Part shown: piece after piece, positions 26,501-38,024 of the stretch
Numbering within the stretch: the first letter of the stretch is position 1
Layout: each line of letters begins with the position of its first letter
DNA from: Azolla caroliniana
Lineage: Eukaryota; Plantae; Polypodiophyta
Direction: 5' to 3'
Length of the DNA stretch: 64,000 bases
NCBI GenBank assembly: GCA_043228905.1
Contig: JBHGNT010000010.1
Span: 5,394,001 to 5,458,000 of the forward strand
Program-made: the position numbers and the translations under genes
Notes under the pieces: model-generated
What the model was told of the DNA's origin: nothing
What the model saw: only the letters and a program-made list of their open reading frames with translations
Database searches by the model: none

Positions 26501-28660
26501 GGCACTCCGAAATAAGTGGGTGTACAAGTTGAAACCGGGAGATGCCGGCAACCCCCCGAGATACAAAGCCAAGATCATGGTGAAGTGGTTCCAACAGAAG
26601 AAGGGCGTGGACTTCGACGAGATATTTGCCCCGGTAGTAGAGATGACCTCCATCTGGACGGTGCTGAGTATAGCGGCAAGCATGGACCTCAAGGTAGAGC
26701 AGCTGGACGTGAAGACGACATTCCTTCACGGTGACCTCGAAGAGGAGATCTACATGCAGCAACCAGAAGGATTTGTGGAGAAAGAGAAGGAGCACATAGT
26801 ATGCCGGTTGAAGAAGAGCTTGTACGGACAAAAGCATGCTCCCAGACAATGGTACCGGAAGTTCGACTCCTTCATGACCGATCAAGGGTACCACAAGACG
26901 CAGGCTGATCACTACATGTTTGTGAAGAAGTTCGAAGGAGGCGACTTCCTGATACTCCTTCTGTACGTGGACGACATGTTGATCGTCGGACGGAACCAAG
27001 CCCGAATACGGATGCTGAAGAAGGCTCTCAACCGAACCTTTGCAATGAAAGACTTGGGTCCGGCAAGACAGATGCTGGGGATGCATATCATCCGGAACCG
27101 GCCAACGAAGCAATTGTGGTTGTCACAGGAGAAGTACGTGACAAAGGTGCTTCAGTGGTTCAACATGTTAGAAGCGAAACTGGTCGGATCGACACTCCCA
27201 GCAAACTGCAGATTATCCGGTAAGCAAAGCCCGAAGACGAAAGCAGAGAAGGATGATATGATGAAGGTTCCATATGCCTCTGCCATCGGGAGCTTAATGT
27301 ACGCAATGGTGTGTACCCGATCGGATATAGGATACGTAGTCGGAGTGGTGAGCCGGTTTATGAGCAATCCCGGCAAGGAGCACTGGAACACGGTCAAATG
27401 GATACTCCGGTACTTGAAGGGCACTTCGAATATGTGTCTCCGATTCGGCTCCGGTAAACCTCAAGTTGACGGTTTTACCGATTCGGACATGTCGACTGAT
27501 GTGGATACCAACCGGTCTACATCTGGGTATGTAATGACATATGCAGGGGGAGCTGTTTCGTGGCAGTCGAGGCTGCAGAAGACGGTTGTGTTGTCAACCA
27601 CGGAGGCGGAGTACATGGCGGCTGTGGAAGCCGGCAAGGAAATATTATGGATGAAGGACTTCATCGGAGAGCTTGGTATCCGACAAAATGAATACCGGTT
27701 CTATTGCAACAGTCAAAGTGCCATCCATCTTGCTAAGAATGCGGCCTATCATTCCCGGACGAAGCATATCCAGCGAAGGTATCCTTGGCTCCGGGAAAGA
27801 GTAGATGACGAGGAGTTCGCGCTGACGAAGATCCACACGACCTAGAACGGGTCAGATATGCTGACCAAAGTAATGATACCCGACAAGCTGGATGCATGTC
27901 GAAAGCGGATCAGACTAGTAAGACATCCCATGCCGGAGTGAAGGGGGAGTTTGTTAGGAAACACGTCCCTCCAGATGGAAGTAAAAAGAACCGGATGACG
28001 AGTACCCGGCTACGGAAGACCCGGTGAGAACCGGATGACGAGTACTCGGCTACGGAGGACCTGGTGAGAACCAGATGACGAGTACCCGACAAGAGCCGGA
28101 TGGTGAAGACCCGGTGAGAAGCGGATGATGTGTGCCCGACAAGCGCTGGATGATGCAGGCCCGGTGAGGAGTGATCACCGGATGAAGGGACATATTCGTA
28201 AATATGTTTCTGAGAGTCCATCGGGGCTATATTTGTAAATATCCGGAAAGTCATATTAGTATAAATATGACTTAGGGCAAACTTAGTATAAGGTGTTGTT
28301 GTCATTGTCATTGTCGCGATTGTGAGAGAGCAACCGTATACAGAGAGAGAGAGAGAGAGAGAGAGAGCTCGAGATATAGAGAGGTCGTTGCCTCTATTGT
28401 AACTTATGGCGAAGATCGTGAGCACGAGGTTGTTGCCTCCATGAGCTCACTGTTGTAATCATTGTGATATAGTGATAGGTTGGAGTCTGTGGACTCTCAT
28501 GGTTTTTCCCTCTCAGGGTTTTCCACGTTAATATCCTGTGTATTCTCTTTTTTCTTTCTGTTTGTGCACTTACCTCCATTTTCATTTCTTCTGTGTTCGA
28601 CTGTACAAAGCGATTCACTCTTCGGTTATTGCCGAAGACTATTCCGCGTATTCCTCAACA
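23132..28660 (+). mobile_element. Ty1/copia element B (Tnt1/Tork-like), defective, nested in A
   Basis: LTRs 23132..23864 and 27952..28660; TSD CATTA; PBS TGGTATCAGAG at 23868; PPT GAAGGGGGAG; gag-pol from ~23896 to ~27941 with stops. The host frame YNDYMVYHY|TFMMKV rejoins across the insertion. Confidence 0.95.
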
Positions 28661-29587
28661 CATTACACCTTTATGATGAAGGTAGCGATAGTACGGGAGC
28701 CGGAAACCTTTTCGGAAGCCACGAAGGACCACGATGGATCAAAGCAATGAACGAGGAGATGCAGGCACTACGGAAGAACGAGATGTGGGATCTCTTTCCC
28801 ACCTCACCACACAAAAAGGCGATCGGATGCAGATGGATCTACAAGGTGAAGTACACGCCGATGGCTCCGTAAACCACTACAAAGCTCGACTCGTAGCGAA
28901 AGGATACGCTCAGAAGCATGGCGTCGACTACGAAGAGACCTTTGCCCTGGTGGCAAAGATGACAACGGTGCGGACCGTAATTGCGATTGCCGCGGCGAAA
29001 GGGTGGCACCTCCATCAAATGGACGTCAAGAACGCCTTTCTACAAGGCGAATTAGAAGAGGAGGTGTACATGATCCAACCACCCGGCTTCAACTCAAGCA
29101 CCCATCCAAAAGCTATTTGCCGACTCAAGAAGCCACTCTACGGCCTCAAGCAAGCACCACGTGCTTGGCATTTGAAGATAACGCAATATCTTCATCAAAT
29201 CGGCCTCCGTATGTCAAAATCGGACAACTCCCTCTACATACGAAGAGATTCCGCAAGTCCGATCGTCATCATCTTATATGTGGATGACCTAGTCATTGGA
29301 GGTGAGCATCTCGTCGAAATCAATAAGGTCAAATCCCTCCTCAAGCAAGCACCACGTGCTTGGCATTTGAAGATAACGCAATATCTTCATCAAATCGGCC
29401 TCCGTATGTCAAAATTGGACAACTCCCTCTACATACGAAGAGATTCCGCAAGTCCGATCGTCATCATCTTATATGTGGATGACCTAGTCATTGGAGGTGA
29501 GCATCTCGTCGAAATCAATAAGGTCAAATCCCTCCTTTCCGACAAGTTCGAGATGACGGACATGAAGTAGCTCCACTACTTCCTCGG

Positions 29588-30237
29588 TGTCGTGAAGAAA
29601 ACCGTCCCTTGGCGCAATCGGTGAATAGTGCACATGAACCGGCCCTTCACGTGTGCGCGCTCTTAGTGTATATAATAGAGAATTAGGTACAGGGAGAGAT
29701 CCGGGGTAGTTAGATTCGGTAGGTAGGAAGTAAATGAGTGAGACGACTTCCCTCTTGACGCTATAAAGGAGAGGGAGACGCAAGGGGGAAAGGGCATTAT
29801 TTTTGAGGAGGACGAAGTGCTGTCGGACTGGAACCGAACGCTTCTCCTCTGTCTGTTCTCTGTTGCTCTTCTCTGCAGGTGTCGGGAGGCTCATGCTGCT
29901 TCGAGGAACGCCCGTGTGCTTCCGGCAGCACCTCCATCTTATCCCCATTTCATGCGTAGACGAACAGGCATCAGCCTCTATTTGCCGGCCTGTTCGGTCG
30001 TAGCCGCTCGCGTGTTCTGCTGTGTACTTGTTATTCGTTAATATACAAACACTTGTCTTTCCTTGTCTCTGTGTCCATTCGCGTCTTTGTGTTGACGGGC
30101 CACGCCCTTGTGTTTCTTTGCTCATACGTGACCGGGCGTCTCTCTCCTTCTCTTTCCCCTTTGTATCACCTGCCCTTCGGTTCAAGACCCCGGTGGTCCC
30201 GCCTCGTTTCTCCACGCACGCGCGTAACAACGCAACA
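29588..30237 (+). mobile_element. Solo LTR of the gypsy TGTCGTGAAG group inserted in the RT of element A
   Basis: TGTCGTGAAG...GCGTAACAACGCAACA termini; 4-bp TSD TCGG; the host frame HYFLG|IEVIR rejoins. Confidence 0.88.
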
Positions 30238-32729
30238 TCGGCATCGAGGTAATTCGGACTCCGGTTGGAATCATGATCTCTCAATGACACTACATCCTCA
30301 ACTTGTTATACAAGTTCGGGATGGCTGAGTGCAAATCCGTGGCAACCCCGCTTGATCGCAATTTCAAACTTGATGCGAACTCCGGCACCAAAGCGTGTGA
30401 GTCGACTCAGTATCGGCAACTCATCGGGAGTCTCATCTACCTCACGATCACTCGACCCGATCTCAGTTATTCGGTCGGTCTCCTTAGCCAATTCATGCAA
30501 ACGCTGCGTGATACTCACTTGGATTGCGCTAAGCGAGTTCTACGATACGTGAGCGGCACAATGGATTGCGGCATCTTCTACAAGACCGCGATGCCAATAC
30601 GACTCGAGGGGTACACATACGCCGATTGGGCCGGCTACAAAGCCGATAGAAGATCAACCTCCGGATTTGTTTTCTCCCTCGGCAGCGGAGCAATATCCTG
30701 GAGTAGCAAGAAGCCGCCTACCGTCGCTCTTTCGAGTACGGAGGCGGAATATAGGGGCGTCGCCATAGCTGCATATGAAGCCGTATGGCTTAAGAGGATT
30801 TTGAAGAATTTGGGCGTTCTCATCACGGATCCGACTCCCCTTTACTGCGACAACATGAGCAGTATTTATCTGGCCTGGAACCCAGTGTTCCATGCGCGAA
30901 CAAAGCACATTGAAGTGCACTATCACTTCTTCTGAGAGCGCGTTCTAGCTGGCGATGTTGACCTACAACACATTAGCACCAATCTTCAAATGGCTGACAT
31001 CTTCACAAAAGCCTTAGGAGTCGACAAGTTATGGCAATTCATGACCGATCTCGGATTGACGATCCCTGACCTGCCAAGCTTGAGGGGGAGTACTGAAGAC
31101 ACTACGCAATAATGCGTAGATTTCGCAACCGCGCACTACGCAATAACGCGTGGATTCCACAACTACGCAACAAAGCCGCGAAGAAAGACGCAAGCCGAAG
31201 CACAGACTTTGCGACTACGCACGCAAGCCAAAGCATAGACTTCGCAACTACGCACGCAAGCTGAAGCAGATACTTCATAACTACGCACAACGCAAGCTGG
31301 AGCACGGATTCCTCAACTCCGCATAAAGCGAGCCGACGCGGACTCCGGAATGCGAGTTGAAGCGGATTTCGGATACCGTCTGAAACCGACCCGACTTGAG
31401 CTTGAGGGGGCGTGTTGAGGATCAAGCTCAACTTGGTCTAGTGTGTGAACTCACCTTGAGAGTGAGGAGACACTCCAACGGTCAAGAGTCACCATTATGT
31501 CACCACTTTGTATTCTATCATTTAGTATGAGTCATAGAATCATATTCTATGACACATAACTGATGAGCTTTCACATTCCCCATGCTCCATGAGGCTTCTA
31601 GTTAATGAAGAGAGAGGGTGACTACATAAAGCACCCTCCTCCCACCTTGTATAATGTTGAGTCTTTCTCCTTTGTCAATATACTTTTACCTTGCGTATTC
31701 TCTGTGTTTCACTCACTCTCTCTCTCTCTCTCTCTCTTACACACACACACACATAACTCACATCTCTTTCGCTTCACAAGAATCCATCTCTTGATTCTTT
31801 ACAAGCACGTTATGGAACTATGGATTAAAGTCATCAATTAAACACTATGAATGCTTGTGAAACTAGATTAAAGAGGAGGCGAGAAGCACATACCTAACAT
31901 TCTTATGAAAACACAGTTCTAGAGGAAGCATTGCAACCAACCGTTAGTCCTTGAAATCATCGGAGCACAAGAAACCCTTACTTCGTTGTCACATAGATGT
32001 CCTGACAAAATAACTCTCTCTATATCTCTACTACTCTTTGCCATGTCAAAGTTGATGTAGCTTAAATGGTATGTAAAGTCCATGCTTAGCATACGACAGG
32101 TACAAGAATCAATACCATGCATCTGCATCGTGTTATCATAAAACCCTACATTTCCAATCTCTTAGCATTTTGTCTAATTGTGGATTAAAATAATCATCAT
32201 TAAATTGGACAAAGGTCTATGAAATATGCAAGATTAAAGAGGAAGTGAGAAGCATAAACACATGATTATTATGAATATACGATTTATAGTGGAAGGCATT
32301 GCAATCAATGGGTCAACAGGGGGGTCCTTGAAATGTACAGGAATCTTGATACGTTGCGACTTTGATCGAGTCATGTGTCATTCAACTATGTATTGAAGAC
32401 TTCGGCATTAAAAAGTAACCAAGAAAGGGAACCTCAGATGTTAGGGCTCTAATATTGCATGCGAGAGGTACGGAGATCGATACATTGCTTCTCCAATTGT
32501 GTTATCTTGATACGTTGGCACGTCTCTGAGTGGTTTCATCTCCACTTTCTCGGTTATTTAAGATATATAGTGTTTAAATACATCATAATTTTCTTCATTT
32601 CAATTATACATCCCCCTCAATTGTAGCGACTCATCACACAATGAGTGAATAATGATTCTAAAACCTAATCCGCATCGACAATAGAGCGTCCTATGGATTA
32701 CAAGTTGTCATTAGACGGTAAGCAAGATA

Positions 32730-32802
32730 GGGGATGTAGCTCAAATGGTAGAGCGCTCGCTTCGCATGCGAGAGGTACGGGGATTGATGCCCCACTTCTC
32801 CA
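32730..32802 (+). pseudogene. tRNA-Ala(CGC)-like copy with T-arm mutations
   Basis: GGGGATGTAGCTCAAATGGTAGAGCGCTCGCTTCGCATGCGAGAGGTACGGGGATTGATGCCCCACTTCTCCA; T-loop and T-stem substitutions. Confidence 0.7.
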
Positions 32803-33026
32803 ATTGTGTTAGCCCCACTTCGCATTGGAGCATAATGATCATGGACATATTGGATCCATCTTATATGCATACTGGAGCATAATAACCTTGGACATATCGG
32901 ATCCTCCTTTCATTTTCATGAAAATAACCGCTTCTCCAAGTGTGTTATGTTGATACGTTGTGTCTCCGATTGCTTCACGCGTTGTTGAACTTGGATTGAA
33001 GACCTCAACATTAAAGAGTATATGCA

Positions 33027-33100
33027 GGAAGTTATAATCTGTATTCCCTGGAACCCTCCGCCTACATCCCCATTGAGTATCTCTTGACCCACGATTGTCA
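33027..33100 (-). other. psaA: Plastid-derived psaA fragment (micro-NUPT)
   Basis: The minus strand encodes IVGQEILNGDVGGGFQGIQI(I)TS, matching the conserved PsaA segment; the fragment replaces a few bases of the array spacer. Confidence 0.85.
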
Positions 33101-33104
33101 GATA

Positions 33105-33177
33105 GGGGATGTAGCTCAAATGGTAGAGCGCTCGCTTCGCATGCGAGAGGTACGGGGATCGATGCCCCGCTTCTCCA
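33105..33177 (+). tRNA. tRNA-Ala(CGC), best-preserved copy in the array (possibly a pseudogene)
   Basis: 73-nt cloverleaf: D stem GCTC/GAGC, anticodon stem CTCGC/GCGAG with loop TTCGCAT, T stem CGGGG/CCCCG, G3:U70 Ala determinant, A73. One U6:U67 mismatch and no immediate T-run terminator. Confidence 0.65.
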
Positions 33178-35045
33178 ATTGTGTTATCTTGATATGTTGT
33201 GTCTTTGATTCCTTCACGTGTTGTTGAGCCGCATTGATCGAAGAACTCGGTGTTAAAGTGTAAGCAATATATAGGGGATGTAGCTCAAATGTGAGCGTCC
33301 ACTTCGCAGGCGAGTGGCGCGGGAATTGATGCCCCGCTTCTCCAATTGTGTTATCTTGATATGTTGCATCTCACATTTTGTTGAATCATGGATCGAAGAC
33401 CTCGGCATTAAAGAGTATGGTAGAATGCTCGCTTCACATGCGAGAGGTAAGGGAATCATTACCCCGCATGCGAGATACGGGGATTGATGGCCTCTCCAAT
33501 TGTGTTATCATGATATGTTGCGTCTTTGATTCCTTCACGTGTAACTGTTGAACCGCATTGATCGAAGACCTCGGCATTAAAGAGTAAGCAATATAGAGGA
33601 TGTAGCTTAAATGTGAGCGCTTGCTTTGCATGCGAGAGGTACGGGGATTGATACCCCACTTCGCATTGGAGCATAATGACCATGAACATATATCAGATCC
33701 TCCTTTCATTTTCACGAATATAACCGCTTCTTCAATTGTGTTATCTTGATAAGTTGCATCTCTGATTGCTTCACATGTTGTTGAACCGGAACCGGGATTG
33801 GCATTTTAAAGAGCAAACAAGACAAGGGATGTAGCTCAAACGGTAGAGCCCTCGCTTCGCATGCGAGAGGTATGGGGATCGATACCCTGCTTTTCCAACT
33901 GTGTTATCTTGACATGTTGCGTCTTTGATTGCTTCACGTGTTGTTAAACCGTAGATTGAAGACCTCGGCATTAAAGAGTAGGCAATACAAGGGTTGTAGT
34001 TCAAATGGGAGCTCGCTTCGAAGGTATGGGGACAAATACCCTGCTTCTCCGATTGTGTTATCTTGATACGTTGTGTTTCCGATTGTTCACGTGTTGTTGA
34101 ATCGTGGATTGAAGGCCTCGGCATTAAAGAGCATGCAAGATGGGCGATGTAGCTCGAACGGTAGAGCCCTCGTTTTGCATGCGAGAGGTACGGGGATGAA
34201 TACCCACTTTGCATTGGAGCATAATGACCATGGACATTTATCGGATCCTCCTTTCATTTTCATGAATATAACCGCTTCTCCAATTGTGTTATCTTTATAT
34301 GTTGCGTCTCCCATTGCTTCATGTGTTGTTGAACCGTGGATTGAAGACCGCATTAAAGAGTAGGAAATACAAGGGATGTAGCTGAAATGGGAGCGCTCGC
34401 TTCGCTTGCAAGAGGTAGGGGGACCGATACGCCCCTTTTGCAATTGTGTTATGTTGACACGTTGCGTCTCCGATTGCTTCACGTGTTGTGTAATTGTGGA
34501 TTGAAGACTGAATCAACATTAAAGAGCATCCAAGACAGGGGATGTAGCTCAAATGGTATAGCTTGCTTCGCATGCGAGGGGTACGAGGATCAATACCACA
34601 CTTCTCTAATTGTATTATCTTGATATGTTACGTCTCCGATTGCTTCACTTTGTCACGCATTTCCACGTGCATGTGTATAAACAGGGCAGAAACATCGGGG
34701 TCTCCGACCAAGGAGCCGGTAAGTGAAGAGAGATTATCCGGATTGGTGTTGGGATAATCTTTGCTAGAGCGAGGTTTGGACAAGTATCCGATCCCATGTT
34801 ACGTCTCCGATTGCTTCACGTTGTCACGCATTTCCGCATGCATGTGTATAAACAGGGCAGAAACATCGGGGTCTCCGACCAAGGAGCCGGTAAGTGAAGA
34901 GAGATTATCCGGATCGGTGTCCAGATATCTTTGCTAGAGTGAGGTCTGGACAAGTATCCGATCCGAACCAGTCTCCGGATGCTGGACGGTGAGCACACGG
35001 GCTAAGACACGTGTAATGCTCCCAACCTATTGTCGGGTAGCACGC

Positions 35046-36251
35046 TGTCGTGAAAATCTGTCACTATGTGCGGATTGTGAGGCGGAACCGCCGGGGTCTT
35101 GGACCGGAAGGATTCGAAGTTTGCACTAGCTTTAGTGAGAAAGTATTTAAGATAGATTAAAAGAGAGAGAGATTGAGATAAGATAGAATGCTTGACTTTA
35201 GATTGAGAGAGATTGAAATGGAGAGAGAGATTAAGATTGAACCCTTGACTTTAGATTTGAGGAACAAGATATATCATCAATTGGATAATGAATTTTCTTC
35301 TTATTAAATTCTTGATTAATACCTAACTCCCTTTGATCTTTTTCATCCACTCTTTTATAGATGCCCCCATGCATATGATGCATGTGAGGGTACAAGACAT
35401 GCATACAATTCATGGAATGCGTGTGATGCATGTTTGCCATTTGGCGCTCATGCATTACATGTGATGCATGATAACCATGTCACTCATTCAAGCTCTAATA
35501 TGAGAATTTACATGTGAAAGTATAATGGAAGATTTTTTTTTTCTAAAAAAATGACTTGGCTTAGTGGTAAGTTTATTGCCTCCTATCTTGGAGGTGCAAG
35601 GTTCAAGCCTTGCTTGCATCCCTTTGTATACAAATTTTTACTAGGTTTTTTTTCCAATCAAGATGATTTTGTTCGTTTCACACCAAAATCGTCGCGATCA
35701 ACCTATCCGATCGATTCGTCTATCCGATCCATCTGGTCTGGTGATCTGATCCATCTGGTCTGGTGATCCGATCTGGTCCGGTTCCAGTTCCGGTGCCGTC
35801 CGCCGGTCCGGTTCTGGTTTCGTCGTCGTTTATCTGTTCCGGTTTCGGTTTCGTCGTCGTCTGTCCGATCCGGTCCTCCAAAACCATTACGAGTAGTTAA
35901 GCCACAATTTAGCCCAAGAACATTATGTGCTCCACACATAAACAAAAAGTAATAAGTTCTTGCTCTGCTTATATATTGTGGGATCTTGATATGTCCTATC
36001 TATGTGGGATATCTCATAGTTTTGTTTTTCTCTTCTTCTTCTCAAACTTCACATTCACATAACTTGACATTTAGTTGTCCGTTTCAAATGTAGTAAAGTA
36101 CATTCGGAAGCTCTATCTTTTTGTACCAAGATATTAAACTAATCTAAAATAGTATTTATACTATTATTGTTTCATATCATGTGTGAAGAACCACACTCAA
36201 TTTTGTATGTTCCTCGCAATTTTCACACCATTGCCGAAAATCTTCATGACA
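35046..36251. mobile_element. Solo-LTR-like insertion inside the 3' LTR of G
   Basis: Termini TGTCGTGAAAAT...ATCTTCATGACA (inverted); flanks ACGC/ACGT; the G LTR resumes afterwards. Confidence 0.7.
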
Positions 36252-38024
36252 ACGTGATGAGCATAGGGCTTGGGACTCGGATAAACGCGCACGAAGATGG
36301 AAGCAGGACAGAGATGTAGACTCAACACAGATAGAACAATCAGATACAACGAAAATGAAATATATTAAACAGGGAAAGAGTACAACCGGACTCGACCAGT
36401 AACAGAGCTGCGCGCTTTCGAAACACATAGACGCAGAATTATGAGCCTTTGGTCGGGGGCACATGGGCTTCCTACGTGAGTAGAGGCCTCACCTTCCTCC
36501 TTGAATCAATACAGAGCGAAGACAGAGGGAATGACAGAGCTCTGGATCTCAAACCGACAACACTTCCTTCTCCAAGACGATGGATCCTTTCTCAGTGTTA
36601 TCTCTCTCCTTTTATAGTTCAAGGAGAGAGAGATCATTACATCAGGCTGTTAAGGAAACTCCTTTCTCCTCGATTCTCTCCTCGATCTCCTCTCATCAAT
36701 CTCCTTTATTCCTCTACTCATGGGGTCATAAAAGTACCTATCGAATCACTCCTACCTAGTTTTCATCAACACCTAACTAACACTATACTATTTACACATG
36801 TTTGTATATAAAGACAAGTTCGTGTGCATCCATGCACACAACTATTCACGCGTGTCCGGAGAGGTTTCACCTTGTGGCCGAAATTTCCCACGACATCCAC
36901 CCTCACCAAACTGCACATCCTCCGCCATGTGCCAAGTAGAGAAACAATGGGATTCTAGGATGATCCTTACTCATCCTCTTCCAATTTGTCGTCATTCTGA
37001 CCCTCATCCGGCCCCTTGTCATCATTGGCCTCCTCGTCTTCCAGCTCCAGATTCGGTTCCGAATCGTGTCACTTCATGAAGGCCTTGACCCGCTTCCCTG
37101 TTACTGGCATAGTTAACCTTATCTCGTCGAGCTTAGCTAGTTGGTATGTCGCGTTGTCGTTGGCGCTCGTTACCATGTAAGGCCTGAACCACCGCCCCGC
37201 GAACTTCAGGGTCAACCGGTGCTGATTCTCGACGCTGTTGTCGTAGACCAACACCCAATCACCTTCCTCAATTTTCTTTGGCTAGAGTTGGTGCGTTCTG
37301 TCGAAGCTGCCCTTGTTCTTCTTCCTCTCCTTTTCCACCCTTGTCGTTGCTCATTCCACGTCCTCCAGCGTTCACTCTAGTTGTTGGATCCGCGCCACCA
37401 ACAGATCCTCCAAGCTCATCTCGTCTGTCCGATTGATTGCTGTCCACGATGCTATCGTCCACTCCACCGACATTATCGGCATTTGTTCGAACATAAGTTC
37501 GGATGGCATTTATCTATTCACCAAATTGTGCGTAGTCTGTTCGGACCATAGTGCATAAGCTAGGAGCCTCGACCAGTTTCCGACTCATCCGTTGCATGCT
37601 CGTACTATTGCTTTGAAAATTGGCCGGTGCCCTCGTTCGACCTTCCCATTCACCTCTAGATTGTACGCCATTGTGAGGGAATGCCTGACCCCTAGTCGAT
37701 TGAATAGCTCTTTGGCTTCTTGTGCGTCCAGCTCCCCTCGGTCGGCCACAATCTTTCCCACACACTCGTACCGCCAAATCACGCCATTGATTAGAAATCG
37801 GCATATGGCTGTGGTTTTCTTGTTCGTCAATGCTCAACTCTCCACCTGGTTCGTCAAGTCCTCTTGTGCAAGCACCAGCTACTGCATTTGCCCTACCCCC
37901 ATTAGCATTGTCACGAAATCGACCATCCATGTGAAGTGAATGGTTGGCGGACAGGTCGGGTGCAACTCATTTTAGTGCCGTATGCCGGATTGAATCTGAC
38001 AGCTCTCGCATTACGTGACGACGT

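Larger units (their letters stand above)
19851..31803 (+). mobile_element. Ty1/copia element A, defective, with two nested insertions
   Basis: LTRs 19851..20231 and 31413..31803 (TG..CA); TSD AGCAC on both sides; PBS TAGTATCAGAG (tRNA-iMet-like) at 20232; PPT GAGGGGG. Gag, CCHC, protease DSGAS, integrase, RT YVDD and RNase H motifs across 20391..~31090 with stops and frameshifts. Confidence 0.95.
32340..34821 (+). repeat. tRNA-Ala-derived tandem array (satellite or tandem SINE), block 1
   Basis: About 11 monomers. tRNA-like heads at ~32425, 32730, 33105, 33274, ~33419, 33596, 33825, 33990, 34143, 34372 and 34538, joined by a conserved spacer ATTGTGTTATCTTGATACGTTGCGTCTCCGATTGCTTCACGTGTTGTTGAACC...GGCATTAAAGAG. 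Confidence 0.92.

Noticed and set aside
29484-30290. 268-aa minus-strand ORF
   Set aside because: Crosses solo-LTR and host RT boundaries and has no recognisable domain.
31815-32335. Diverged direct repeat ~360 bp apart (a similar pair lies at ~6865 and ~7217)
   Set aside because: Old local duplications with no termini or coding signal.
33253-34623. Short ORFs with repeated SPYLSHAK-type peptides
   Set aside because: Translations of the tRNA-derived monomers.
32340-34821. CRISPR-like array (repeats with captured foreign DNA)
   Set aside because: Plant nuclear context, no cas genes, spacers are homologous to each other and repeats are tRNA-sized.
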